Source of the DNA: Pseudomonadales bacterium
GTDB taxonomy: Bacteria; Pseudomonadota; Gammaproteobacteria; Pseudomonadales; UBA7239
NCBI GenBank assembly: GCA_035456205.1
Contig: DATIDQ010000027.1
Span: forward strand, 1-53,754
Reading direction: 5' to 3'
Length of the DNA stretch: 53,754 bases
Of the stretch, positions 40,084 to 50,174 are shown piece after piece. The first letter of the stretch is position 1. Each line of letters starts with the position of its first letter. A model generated the notes under the pieces. The model worked only from the letters and a program-made list of their open reading frames with translations, was not told the origin of the DNA and searched no databases. Made by a program: the position numbers and the translations under genes.

Positions 40084-41933
40084 CAGAAACGCCCGACTGC
40101 CGTTGGCTGGACTTGCAACTGACCGTCTTTCAGCACACCCCACACCAGTGTGCGCACTATTTTGCGGTCGCCATCCATACTGAGATAGCCCGTATTACCC
40201 GGCACATGCAGGGAGCTGTTAACACTCATCTGCGACAGCTTTGTGTAGATCACCTGGGCATCTGCGCCCATCGCAAACAGGATATCTGCACCTGCTGGTA
40301 CATCACCTTGTGTACGCAGTGGCCCTGTTCCCGCTTGCCAGGGTGCAAGACACAGGCGCAAACCATCTGTCCGGGTATCCAGTTTCTGGCCGGTAAATAC
40401 TTGTGAGGTCGCATACACCGGTAATTTACCGGCACCATTTTTCGCCAACGCTTCCATCACCACTGCAGCATCGCTGCCGGTGCCTACAAAGAACACCATG
40501 TCAGGCAGCATTTTTCCGGGTTTCAGTTGCCCACTGGCTAGATCGATGCCCAGTGCATCTGCCAACTGCGCGCCGTAATTGCCGTTGTTAGGTACGTAGC
40601 GAACAACGGCAGCCAATTCCCCGCCCATCATTTTCCACCGCTTATTGAAGGCCTGCGTGAGCCGTTCGCCGCGCTCACCCTGCGGGGAAATTACCAAGGC
40701 GCGGTGCAGCTGGCTGCTGGATGCGGTGTCGGCCACTTGTGCCGCCTCTTCCTCTGGATTCAGGCTGAACTGGTACAACTCAAGCGGTGCAGATGCCTGG
40801 CCCGGCGGGTTATTCAGAGCCAAGGTTGGCACTGGCAGGCTTGTCTGGCTAGCAAGTACTTGCACCTGCTCTCGCTCCAGCGGGCCAATAACCAGTTTTG
40901 CGCCCTGCGCCACGGCATTGTTATACGCCGTAAGAATATCCGGTGCGGCATTGCTATCGACTACATCGATCTGCAAATTGCCATCCCCTGCTGCAAGGTG
41001 CTGATAGTGCATGGTCATGAAACCATCGCGCACCGCCTGCCCGGCCTGCTCGCGTTTGCCGGTTAGTGGCAACAGTAGCGCTACGCGTTGCGGCTGCTCG
41101 CCGGATGTTTGCTCGAGCATAGCCATATCCACCGGCTTGAAACGGTTGGCAGGGTGCACGGGATAACTGCGTTCCCAATCCTTGAGTGCTGTGGTTTGCT
41201 TGTCCAGATCGCCGGGATGATCGCGTTCAACCCGCGCCAATGCCAGCCAACCAGCCAACAGCTGCTCTTCCGCATTGTTGCTGGTATCTGCGTACTCCAG
41301 CACCCGGAAATCATCCGGTGACATCATGGATAGCAAACGCCAGATGGCCTCATTGACAACAAGCTGCCCGGATTCCGGCACCAACAGGCTTTGTACCAGC
41401 AACTCGTGGAGAGCATCCAATGGTTTCTGCTGCAACTCGTACAATCTGGCGCGCAAGGCATGCAGGCGGGCGCTACCAGCCTTGTCCATCCCGTCATCTG
41501 CCGTCATGCCTGACAAGGCCTGGTTGAGCAGCACACGCGCCGCGTCGTCCAGATGACGCTCGGTCAGCGCCCAATCCCCGTATAACAGACTGTAACGCAC
41601 CAACAATTCACCAGTCAGGGTATTGGCATCGACTTCCTGCAGCACTTTGCCTACTCGAGTGTTATCGCCCTGCTGCTGGTACAGGTTCGCTGCCTGCAGC
41701 AACAAGGACTCGCGCTGTGGCGACACCGCTGTCTCGGCTTGTTGCAACAGGCTGTAAGCTGTCTCCTGAGGCTTGGCTGGCTGCTTCTCCTCTTGTACTG
41801 GCTCAGTCACCTTGATGGTGGGATCAGTTGTCTGGACGGTATCGTCATGCGCACAGCCGGCCACAAAAGCAAGAACGGCAATAGCTAATGCCAAACGGCG
41901 CAATAACAAACGACAAGGTAGAATGATCGGCAT
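40083..41933 (-). CDS. lpoA: penicillin-binding protein activator LpoA (LppC family lipoprotein)
   Basis: Lipobox LAFVAGC, TPR-like N-terminal half and a periplasmic-binding-protein-like C-terminal half. Conserved lpoA-yraN / rsmI neighbourhood. Confidence 0.82.
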   Translation of the reverse strand: MPIILPCRLLLRRLALAIAVLAFVAGCAHDDTVQTTDPTIKVTEPVQEEKQPAKPQETAYSLLQQAETAVSPQRESLLLQAANLYQQQGDNTRVGKVLQEVDANTLTGELLVRYSLLYGDWALTERHLDDAARVLLNQALSGMTADDGMDKAGSARLHALRARLYELQQKPLDALHELLVQSLLVPESGQLVVNEAIWRLLSMMSPDDFRVLEYADTSNNAEEQLLAGWLALARVERDHPGDLDKQTTALKDWERSYPVHPANRFKPVDMAMLEQTSGEQPQRVALLLPLTGKREQAGQAVRDGFMTMHYQHLAAGDGNLQIDVVDSNAAPDILTAYNNAVAQGAKLVIGPLEREQVQVLASQTSLPVPTLALNNPPGQASAPLELYQFSLNPEEEAAQVADTASSSQLHRALVISPQGERGERLTQAFNKRWKMMGGELAAVVRYVPNNGNYGAQLADALGIDLASGQLKPGKMLPDMVFFVGTGSDAAVVMEALAKNGAGKLPVYATSQVFTGQKLDTRTDGLRLCLAPWQAGTGPLRTQGDVPAGADILFAMGADAQVIYTKLSQMSVNSSLHVPGNTGYLSMDGDRKIVRTLVWGVLKDGQLQVQPTAVGRF

Positions 41934-42804
41934 CTCTCAAATCCCGGTTTATGGCATGCCTACTGCAACCCTGTTTCTGGTGGCCACCCCTATAGGCAAT
42001 CTGGCCGACATGGTACCCCGCGCCGTCTCGGTTCTCCAATCGGTGGACGCTATTGCCGTGGAGGATTCACGCCACAGTGGCAAGTTGCTGCAGCATTTCA
42101 ACATCAGCAAGCCGCTGATTCCCTACCACGATCACAACGAGCGCGAAGCGGCCGAACGCATCCTGCACCTGCTGCAACAGGACAAACGCGTGGCATTGAT
42201 TTCCGATGCCGGCACACCGGCCATTGCCGACCCTGGCTACCGCTTGGTGCGATTAGCGCATCAACACGGCGTGCGGGTAGAAAGTATTCCCGGCCCTTGT
42301 GCGGCCATGGCAGCGCTGGCGGGCTCCGGTCTGCCCTCCGACCGCTTCCAGTTCAACGGTTTTCTGCCCGCCAAACAGCAGGCGAGAAAATCGGCGCTAG
42401 AAACGTTGGCCGCAGAAACAGCCACGCTGATTTTTTATGAAGCGCCACACCGTCTTGCTGACACGGTGCGCGATATGGCTGCAGTGTTTGGCGGCGAACG
42501 CGAAATCTGCCTCGCACGCGAACTGACCAAGCATTACGAAACACTGTGGCTGACTACACTGGCTGAACTGGAACGTGCCATCGATGAAAAACGCGTGGAA
42601 GAACGCGGCGAAATTGTTCTGGTAGTCGCCGGTGCAGCAGAAAAAACCATTGATGCCAATGAAGGCGAACGTGTACTGCAAATTTTGTTGGCCGAATTGC
42701 CGGTGAAACAGGCATCCGCGCTCGCGGCACAAATTACCGGCGCCTCCAAACGCGAACTGTATCGGCGCGCGCTTGACTTGAAAGAAGATAATGCCGATGC
42801 GTAA
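41923..42804 (+). CDS. rsmI: 16S rRNA (cytidine1402-2'-O)-methyltransferase
   Basis: [14 protein letters not shown], tetrapyrrole-methylase fold. I prefer the ATG at 41923 (AAGG Shine-Dalgarno) over 41956. It overlaps the divergent lpoA start by 11 nt. Confidence 0.86.
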   Translation: MIGISQIPVYGMPTATLFLVATPIGNLADMVPRAVSVLQSVDAIAVEDSRHSGKLLQHFNISKPLIPYHDHNEREAAERILHLLQQDKRVALISDAGTPAIADPGYRLVRLAHQHGVRVESIPGPCAAMAALAGSGLPSDRFQFNGFLPAKQQARKSALETLAAETATLIFYEAPHRLADTVRDMAAVFGGEREICLARELTKHYETLWLTTLAELERAIDEKRVEERGEIVLVVAGAAEKTIDANEGERVLQILLAELPVKQASALAAQITGASKRELYRRALDLKEDNADA

Positions 42805-44644
42805 GCTGCTCATCGCATTTTTTTTATTCGTTGTGACGCTGCAAATACAAGCAGAAGATCGCAAACCGAATATTTTACTGATTGTACTGGACGATGCCGG
42901 CTATAGCGATGTAGCCGGTTTTGGCCGCGACGATGCACCAACACCCAATATCAAACAGATTGCCAACGAAGGTGTGCGCTTTACTCGCCACTATGCTGAC
43001 AGCACCTGTCGCCCTGCGCGATTGGCATTAATGACGGGGCGTGAATCAGCGCGCGTGGCGCAAAATCCGGATTTTCGCGGTATCTCACCAGAAATCACCA
43101 CGTTACCAGAAGCGCTGAAAACAGCAGGTTATCACACATCTCATATTGGCAAATGGCATCTCGGTGATGCCGTGCGTGATTCATGGCCAGATAAACAGGG
43201 GTTCGAACACTGGTTTGGTTTTCTCAACCAGTTCCAACTCAAAGGCCCGGATAAAAACGGCGACTTCACCAAACGCCCGACGTATATAGACCCATGGCTG
43301 CAAAGCGATAACACACCACTGCAACAATATCACGGACACCTGGAAGACATTCTTGCAGCGCGAGTTATTGAAACTATCAACAACACAGAAAAAAACCAAC
43401 CATGGTTTATCAATTACTGGCTTTTTGCACCACACCACCCCAGCACCGCATCCGCAGAGTTCCTGAAAAAATATCCGGATACGCAAGAAGGAAAATATCG
43501 CGCGCTGCTAGCACAAGCCGATGCGGAAATTGGCAAAGTCGTACAAGCATTGCGCGACAGTAAACAACTCGACAACACACTGATCGTTGTAGTCTCCGAC
43601 AACGGCGGTACCAACCAGATGATGAACAACAATGCGCCATACGCCGGTGTCAAAGGTGAATTCCGCGAAGGCAGTTTGCGCACGCCATTGATTATCCGCT
43701 GGCCGGACCAACGCGCTGCCGGTAAACAATTGAATGAAATAGTCGCTATTCAGGATATTTACCCGACACTGTTACATGCCGCTGGCGTGGATCCAGAAAA
43801 AAATATTGATGGGCAGGATTTACAGCCATTGTTAGCTGGCAGAAAACTCACACCGCGCACATTGATACATGAAATTGGCAGCTTCGGTTTATTCAACTAC
43901 AGCCTGCTGTCTACCGATGGTCAATGGCGCGCATCGCCTGCTGAATTGTATGCACTTGAGAAAGAACCAAGCGGCACAACCAATGTAGTTAAACAATTCC
44001 TGCCGCAATCACAAAAAATGGAAAATGAATACACGCAATGGCGCAACGAAAAAACAAAACTGACCTTGCAATATACACCAATCACAACGCAAGGCATGGC
44101 GCGCATCTATGGCGATGATTTTCGCCGCGCACCTGGTTACGGCGCATTCAGTTTTGCGATAGGTGCCGTGATGCCGGATAAACAACCGACTGAACCTGTT
44201 TATCTGGCATGGCAGAAAAACGTCTGGTCGCTGGCGTACAACCCGGACAATACATTCACGCTGCAAATTGGCAATGACAAGATCAGCAGCTTGCCATTGA
44301 CAAAAAAACGCGACAGCCAATGCATCCCCATTGTACTGAGCAGTTGGTACACGCGTTCACGTTTACACGAAGGCAGGAACACGGCGTATGCAAAACTGTA
44401 TGCAGGCGATGAAAAAATTCTTGACTGGCAGACACCGAATCCAGAAGAAATCAATGCTGACTGGTCTGCGCCCACATGGATTGGTCAGGATGAAAATGAT
44501 AAAAATCGCTGGCCCGTCAATCTTGATACACATGGCCTGAGCGTACCCCTGTTTTATAATAGTTCGCTGAATGACGATCCTGCTGCAAAATTTGATCGTT
44601 TGCAAAATGTGCAGCAAATCGTGTGCCTACCACCAGCTCAATGA
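42791..44644 (+). CDS. secreted formylglycine-dependent sulfatase with ~200-aa C-terminal extension
   Basis: Signal peptide [19 protein letters not shown], then [22 protein letters not shown] (C-x-P-x-R) and GKWHLG. The start overlaps the rsmI stop. Confidence 0.85.
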   Translation: MPMRKLLIAFFLFVVTLQIQAEDRKPNILLIVLDDAGYSDVAGFGRDDAPTPNIKQIANEGVRFTRHYADSTCRPARLALMTGRESARVAQNPDFRGISPEITTLPEALKTAGYHTSHIGKWHLGDAVRDSWPDKQGFEHWFGFLNQFQLKGPDKNGDFTKRPTYIDPWLQSDNTPLQQYHGHLEDILAARVIETINNTEKNQPWFINYWLFAPHHPSTASAEFLKKYPDTQEGKYRALLAQADAEIGKVVQALRDSKQLDNTLIVVVSDNGGTNQMMNNNAPYAGVKGEFREGSLRTPLIIRWPDQRAAGKQLNEIVAIQDIYPTLLHAAGVDPEKNIDGQDLQPLLAGRKLTPRTLIHEIGSFGLFNYSLLSTDGQWRASPAELYALEKEPSGTTNVVKQFLPQSQKMENEYTQWRNEKTKLTLQYTPITTQGMARIYGDDFRRAPGYGAFSFAIGAVMPDKQPTEPVYLAWQKNVWSLAYNPDNTFTLQIGNDKISSLPLTKKRDSQCIPIVLSSWYTRSRLHEGRNTAYAKLYAGDEKILDWQTPNPEEINADWSAPTWIGQDENDKNRWPVNLDTHGLSVPLFYNSSLNDDPAAKFDRLQNVQQIVCLPPAQ

Positions 44645-44654
44645 GAACAAATTC

Positions 44655-45137
44655 ATGCACAACATTATCAGGACAATACTCACTGGTGTACTACTGCTAA
44701 CACTGCAGGGCTGCAGCTGGATGCGACAGGAATTCCATGACCCGGATATCAAGGTTGTTGGTTTTTCAAATGTACAGGGCGGCAACATACTGAAACAACG
44801 CTTCGCCCTCACCCTGGAATTAACCAACCCTAATGATCTGGAACTGGATGTGAAGGGTATGACTTTTACATTGGCAATTGCAGGTATCGATATCATGCAA
44901 GGTGTGAGTGACCAGATACCTGTTATCAAACCGTATAGCACCACAGAATTCACAGTGCAGGGTTCTGCCAATGTTATTCAGGCAATGCGACTGCTACATA
45001 AAATGCAGAAAAATATTGGAGAAGATGTCAATTACACGCTGAATACCAGAATTGACCTCAGGCACGGCTGGCCCTCCAGTTTTAATCTGGAACGTGAAGG
45101 TAAGATCAGTCTTGATGACTGGCTGGGCAAACAATGA
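44655..45137 (+). CDS. LEA_2 / LEA14-like (WHy-type) lipoprotein
   Basis: The ATG at 44655 gives MHNIIRTILTGVLLLTLQGC (lipobox). FALTLELTNPNDLELDVKGMTFTLAI follows the LEA_2 pattern. Confidence 0.72.
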   Translation: MHNIIRTILTGVLLLTLQGCSWMRQEFHDPDIKVVGFSNVQGGNILKQRFALTLELTNPNDLELDVKGMTFTLAIAGIDIMQGVSDQIPVIKPYSTTEFTVQGSANVIQAMRLLHKMQKNIGEDVNYTLNTRIDLRHGWPSSFNLEREGKISLDDWLGKQ

Positions 45138-45146
45138 TGACGGACA

Positions 45147-45416
45147 TCACAACGCTTCTTCATCAATAGACAATTCACTTTCATCCGGTATTACATCAAT
45201 AGGATCCGGATGTATTTTGTCTGCATCCATGGAAAATCCGGCATAGTCTTGCACGCCGACCTCTGCCAATTCCTGACTGGCGAAAGGACCTACGTCCACA
45301 TGTTCGCGCGTCATGAAATACCAGCCATCCCCCCTGAAGAAAGTACGTGAACGCCGCTCTGGTAGCGGCCCATCTTCGCCCCGACGACGTTTATCTCCCT
45401 GTTCCTTACTGCCCAT
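45147..45416 (-). CDS. hypothetical small protein (basic N-terminus, acidic C-terminus)
   Basis: The ATG at 45416 has an AGAGG Shine-Dalgarno. 89 aa: MGSKEQGDKRRRGEDGPLPERRSRTFFRGDGWYFMTREHVDVGPF...DESELSIDEEAL. Family unknown to me. Confidence 0.5.
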   Translation of the reverse strand: MGSKEQGDKRRRGEDGPLPERRSRTFFRGDGWYFMTREHVDVGPFASQELAEVGVQDYAGFSMDADKIHPDPIDVIPDESELSIDEEAL

Positions 45417-45528
45417 AGCAACCTCTGTCGTTATTTTTATTAGTGCCCTAACTTTACCGCGACTCCCACGGCATGGCCATACCTTATAATGCCAGCCATT
45501 CACCGTTTAGCGGCCAACAAGGTATCTT

Positions 45529-47049
45529 GTGTTATTCAACTCCTATGAATTCCTGCTGATGTTTTTACCGGTATGCCTCGGCGGCTATTACGGCTTCAGC
45601 AAACTGATAAACCAGCGTGCTGCAATTGCATGGTTAGCGTTATGCTCCCTGTTTTTCTATGGCTGGTGGAACCCTGCTTATCTCTGGTTGATGGTTGGCT
45701 CCATTCTCGTCAACTATAGCGCAGGCTTGTTACTCTCTGGAAAATACCGCTCAGCAACTCTATTGGCACTCAGCGTCAGTTTAAATCTGCTATTACTGGG
45801 CTATTACAAATACACCGATTTTTTTATTAGCAACATCAATGAACTGGCCGGACTGGATTGGCAATTACACAACATTATTCTGCCTCTCGGTATTTCTTTT
45901 TTTACATTTACCCAGATTGCATATCTTGTCGACGTGTATCGCGGCGAAGTGCGCGAATACCGCATCGCTGAATACTTTCTTTTTGTAACATACTTCCCCC
46001 ACCTGATTGCCGGCCCCATCATTCATCACAAAGAAATGATGCCGCAATTTGCCAACAGCGCCACCGAACAAATGACAGCGCGCAATATCACCGCCGGATT
46101 GGTGCTGTTTACTATCGGATTGGCAAAAAAAATACTGATTGCTGACCGTGTAATGGTGTATGTATCACCGGTTTTCAGTGCGGCAGAAAACGGCGCTTCA
46201 CTCACCTTCTTTGAAGCCTGGGGCGGCACACTGGCCTATACCATACAGCTGTATTTTGATTTCAGTGGTTATGTAGATATGGCATTGGGCATATCGCTGC
46301 TATTCGGCATTCGTCTTCCGCTCAACTTCGATTCACCCTACAAATCCACCAATATCATCGATTTCTGGCGGCGCTGGCATATAACGCTGTCACGCTTCCT
46401 GCGTGATTATCTGTACATTGGCCTGGGCGGGAATCGCAAAGGCGCTTTCAGGCGCTACATCAATCTCTGGCTGACCATGCTACTGGGCGGTTTGTGGCAC
46501 GGCGCAGGTTGGACATTCATTATCTGGGGTGCCATGCATGGCGCTTATCTCTGCATCAACCACGGTTGGCGCGCACTGTGCCAGAATCAAAAAACAGTAC
46601 TGCCAGAATTCGCACGCACACTGTTATACGGAACAATAACTTTTATAGCTGTCGTCATTTCATGGGTGTTTTTCCGAGCTGATACAGCTGGTGGCGCTCT
46701 GCAGATATTGAAAGGTATGGCAGGTTTTCATGGCATCACATTGCCGATCAAATATGCAAACGGCAGTTTTTCACACTGGCTCACGCAGCATGGCGTAATA
46801 TTTGATGACAACTTGTTCAAAGGCTGGAAAGAAGTCGGCCAGATTGCATGGCCGTTGTTGATGGTCTGGCTGCTGCCAAATTCTCAAACCTTGTTGCGTC
46901 ATTACGATGTCACTGTCACCCGATTCAGTGACGCATCTCGCCTTGCATTTCGTCCTAATATCATCACGCTGCCGGTGTGCGCCTTTATCCTGGTCTACTG
47001 TTTTGCTCATCTTACGCAACTCAGTGAATTTCTTTATTTCAGGTTTTGA
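45529..47049 (+). CDS. MBOAT-family membrane O-acyltransferase (AlgI/DltB/PatA-like), copy 2
   Basis: The GTG start gives (M)LFNSYEFLLMFLP. Has FWRRWHITLSRFLRDYLYIGLGGNR and GGLWHGAGW. Clear paralogue of 11356-12840. Confidence 0.85.
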   Translation: MLFNSYEFLLMFLPVCLGGYYGFSKLINQRAAIAWLALCSLFFYGWWNPAYLWLMVGSILVNYSAGLLLSGKYRSATLLALSVSLNLLLLGYYKYTDFFISNINELAGLDWQLHNIILPLGISFFTFTQIAYLVDVYRGEVREYRIAEYFLFVTYFPHLIAGPIIHHKEMMPQFANSATEQMTARNITAGLVLFTIGLAKKILIADRVMVYVSPVFSAAENGASLTFFEAWGGTLAYTIQLYFDFSGYVDMALGISLLFGIRLPLNFDSPYKSTNIIDFWRRWHITLSRFLRDYLYIGLGGNRKGAFRRYINLWLTMLLGGLWHGAGWTFIIWGAMHGAYLCINHGWRALCQNQKTVLPEFARTLLYGTITFIAVVISWVFFRADTAGGALQILKGMAGFHGITLPIKYANGSFSHWLTQHGVIFDDNLFKGWKEVGQIAWPLLMVWLLPNSQTLLRHYDVTVTRFSDASRLAFRPNIITLPVCAFILVYCFAHLTQLSEFLYFRF

Positions 47050-47053
47050 TGTG

Positions 47054-48340
47054 ATGCTGACCGCCACCATAAAAGAAAAGACTTTCAACCGCTGTTTAAT
47101 CGGCTGTTTTTTTACTGTTGTCGTTGGCATGGCTGTTTTCAATTTTATCGTCAACCCTTTTGGCGTGTTTCCCGCCAAACCCATCCCCGGTTATACCGAT
47201 GTGCACTTCATTGAAAATGTTCGCATCTACAAAAACTTCCTGATTAAAAACCGGGCGATTGACGGCTTGATGCTGGGCAGCTCCCGCATTGAAGAAAGCA
47301 TGAATCCCCTGCCTGCGGCCTGGCCCAACATGCAGGTGTACAACATGGCTATGCCTGGCGCATCCTTGCATGAAATACTGAGAAATCTGCAACATGCCAA
47401 TGCTGTTACACCACTAAAACAGGGACTGATCGGTCTGGATTTCTTTATGTTCTCCGCTTTTATGGGATCGGTCAGCGATTATTCAGAAGACTATTTTTCC
47501 GTCGATGCCTCGGGCAACAAGAAGCCGGATTCTTACGTGCTGCGCACCTACGCCAACTTACTGTTCTCTGCCGACGCGCTCGAAAAAAGCAGGGATACAA
47601 TCAATGACAGCAAGAAACATGCAGCACCATCACACGATGATAACGGCATGGTTGCCATTGCCGCACATAATGCAGCGGCAAAAGACAATGCCGCTATCTA
47701 TAAAGTTTTTGATGCGTTTGAGAATAATTATTTCCGGAAAAACAGTTTTTGGCTAAATGGGCCAGACAGCACTTACACAACCATAAAAAATGCCGCAGGC
47801 GAATCCACCTACGATGACCTGCGCGCTATGTTGGATTATATTTATCGCAATAATCTTGATATCCGTTTTGTCATATCGCCTATTCACGTACACATGCTGC
47901 TCGGCCTGGATGGCATCGGTTTGTGGCCAGCATTTTGCGATTGGAAAAAACAACTGGCAAAAATCAATGAAGAAGTCGCTGCCACCTATCACCAGCCACC
48001 AAAACCGATATGGGATTTTGCGATAGTCAATGATATGACCACTGAGCTATTGCCGGCAGATCCGCGTTTGCCGGCGCCAAAAAATGGCTTGCAGTGGTTC
48101 TGGGATCCAGCCCACGCCAAACCTGCATTTGGAGATCTTGTGCAACAGCATGTTTTTATCAGTGGTACGGAAGATATTGGAACCATCTTGCGCAGCAACA
48201 CTATAGACAACCATCTGCAACAACAGACGGCTGCACTCAATGATTACAAAGAAAAAGATCCGGTCACGCGTGACGCCATTCAGAAACGGCTTGAATCACT
48301 CAATACCTGGCATTGGATAAAACAGACGCCGGAAAAATAA
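47054..48340 (+). CDS. membrane-anchored DltD/SGNH-like putative acyltransferase partner of MBOAT copy 2 (function inferred)
   Basis: The ATG lies 4 nt after the MBOAT stop. An N-terminal TM helix is followed by VNPFGVF, with G75-S-S77 early and D351-P-A-H354 late. Same architecture as 12843-13988 but otherwise very divergent. Confidence 0.55.
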   Translation: MLTATIKEKTFNRCLIGCFFTVVVGMAVFNFIVNPFGVFPAKPIPGYTDVHFIENVRIYKNFLIKNRAIDGLMLGSSRIEESMNPLPAAWPNMQVYNMAMPGASLHEILRNLQHANAVTPLKQGLIGLDFFMFSAFMGSVSDYSEDYFSVDASGNKKPDSYVLRTYANLLFSADALEKSRDTINDSKKHAAPSHDDNGMVAIAAHNAAAKDNAAIYKVFDAFENNYFRKNSFWLNGPDSTYTTIKNAAGESTYDDLRAMLDYIYRNNLDIRFVISPIHVHMLLGLDGIGLWPAFCDWKKQLAKINEEVAATYHQPPKPIWDFAIVNDMTTELLPADPRLPAPKNGLQWFWDPAHAKPAFGDLVQQHVFISGTEDIGTILRSNTIDNHLQQQTAALNDYKEKDPVTRDAIQKRLESLNTWHWIKQTPEK

Positions 48341-48344
48341 AAAA

Positions 48345-50150
48345 TCAGTGGCCGCGCATAAACCACTTATCGATTTCTGCCAGACTGACTTGTATCCAGG
48401 TAGGTCGGCCATGATTACATTGCCCGCTTCTTTCAGTGATTTCCATATCACGTAACAATGCATTCATTTCCGGAATGGTCATACGGCGATTGGCACGGAT
48501 AGAACCATGGCACGCCATAGTGGATAATACTTCATTCACCGATTCACGGATACGCGCCGTCGATCCATGTTCAGATAAATCTGACAGCACATCGCGTAAT
48601 AATTGTTCACTATTACCATTGGCCAACAACACCGGTATCTGACGAATTAACAAGGTTTCCGGTGCCGCACGATCGACTATCAAACCTAACTGTTCAAATA
48701 ATGCGCGGTGCTCTTCTGCAGTATCGGCTTCACGTTCGCTGACAGCAACAGATTGCGGCACCAGCAAAGGCTGGCGCGCGATATTGTTATTGTCGTGCGC
48801 AGTTTTCAGGCGTTCATAGGTAATGCGTTCGTGCGCAGCATGCATATCCACCAGCACAAGACCTTGCGCGTTTTCTGCCAGAATATAAATGCCTTTTAAT
48901 TGCGCCAGTGCATAACCCAATGGAGGAATTTCTGTTGCTGGTGGCATCTCCATTGCGGGATGCGTAGCTGCACTATCAATACGCGCAGCAGACATCGGAG
49001 AGGGTGCGTATAAAGCGTTATAAGATGTCACCGATTCCCTGACATCGCCTCGCAGGTTTTCGGCTAGCGACATTGTGTTCTGATAACTGATCACAGTTGG
49101 AGACAACGCTGATAATGTATCCGGCGCAACAGCAGGCGCATCGTCAGGGCGTAAATCCGCCAGTGCTCGTGTCAATGAACGAAATACAAAATCGTGTACA
49201 CGACGCGAATCACGAAACCGCACTTCATGTTTTGTGGGATGCACATTCACATCCACGCCCGCTGGATCAATCTCCAGATACAGCACGTACGCCGGATGGC
49301 GGCTGTAGTGCAATACATCCTGAAATGCCAGACGAATCGCGTGCGTCACCAACTTGTCGCGGATCGCCCTGCCATTCACGTAGAAATACTGTAAATCCGA
49401 TTGGCTGCGTGAAAATGCCGGCTGCGCCAACCAGCCGCGCAAGCGCAGATCTGTGTGTTCAATATCAACAAAAAATGCCTGCTCCATAAAAGCCGGGCCG
49501 CACAAAGTGGCTACGCGCCGCTCCTGCTCTTGCTGGGTATTTGCCTCGCGCAACTGCTGCACTGTGCGCTGGTTGTGGCGCCAGTGAAATGCCACATCAA
49601 ACCGTGACAAGGCAATTTTTTTCAGCATGCCATCAATGCGCTGGAACTCTGTTTTTTCACTGCGAAGGAATTTTCTTCTGGCCGGAGTATTGAAAAAAAG
49701 ATCGCGCACTTCCACAGTAGTGCCGCGCTGATGCGCTGCCGGCAATACCTCGGCAATCATTTCCTGGCCTTCGGCCTGCGCTTGCCAACCCGCCGCACCA
49801 TCTTGTGTATTGGATGTAATCGTCAAGCGAGACACAGAGGCCATACTCGCCAACGCTTCGCCGCGAAAACCCAGTGTCGCTACCGCTTCCAGATCATCGA
49901 GCTCATAAATCTTGCTGGTGGCGTGGCGACACAGCGCAAGTGGCATATCGTCCTGTTCAATACCGCCGCCATCATCACGCACACGAATTGTTTTGACGCC
50001 ACCTTGCTCAATATCAATATCAATTCTGCTGGCGCCAGCATCAATACTGTTTTCCAGCAGCTCTTTCACAATCGAGGCTGGACGCTCTACCACTTCACCA
50101 GCGGCTATCTGGTTTGCCAAACGCTGACTCAATTGCTGAATGCGTGACAT
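48345..50150 (-). CDS. mutL: DNA mismatch repair protein MutL
   Basis: [43 protein letters not shown] ATPase. The C-terminal dimerisation domain includes CNHGRPT. Confidence 0.96.
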   Translation of the reverse strand: MSRIQQLSQRLANQIAAGEVVERPASIVKELLENSIDAGASRIDIDIEQGGVKTIRVRDDGGGIEQDDMPLALCRHATSKIYELDDLEAVATLGFRGEALASMASVSRLTITSNTQDGAAGWQAQAEGQEMIAEVLPAAHQRGTTVEVRDLFFNTPARRKFLRSEKTEFQRIDGMLKKIALSRFDVAFHWRHNQRTVQQLREANTQQEQERRVATLCGPAFMEQAFFVDIEHTDLRLRGWLAQPAFSRSQSDLQYFYVNGRAIRDKLVTHAIRLAFQDVLHYSRHPAYVLYLEIDPAGVDVNVHPTKHEVRFRDSRRVHDFVFRSLTRALADLRPDDAPAVAPDTLSALSPTVISYQNTMSLAENLRGDVRESVTSYNALYAPSPMSAARIDSAATHPAMEMPPATEIPPLGYALAQLKGIYILAENAQGLVLVDMHAAHERITYERLKTAHDNNNIARQPLLVPQSVAVSEREADTAEEHRALFEQLGLIVDRAAPETLLIRQIPVLLANGNSEQLLRDVLSDLSEHGSTARIRESVNEVLSTMACHGSIRANRRMTIPEMNALLRDMEITERSGQCNHGRPTWIQVSLAEIDKWFMRGH

Positions 50151-50174
50151 TGTTACAACTCTCAACCTTAAGGT

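Noticed and set aside
46907-47053. The upstream extension of the MBOAT-2 partner ORF into the MBOAT coding region.
   Set aside because: The extension lies wholly within the 3' end of the MBOAT gene in another frame. The ATG at 47054, just after the MBOAT stop, gives an N-terminal TM helix matching the architecture of the copy-1 partner.
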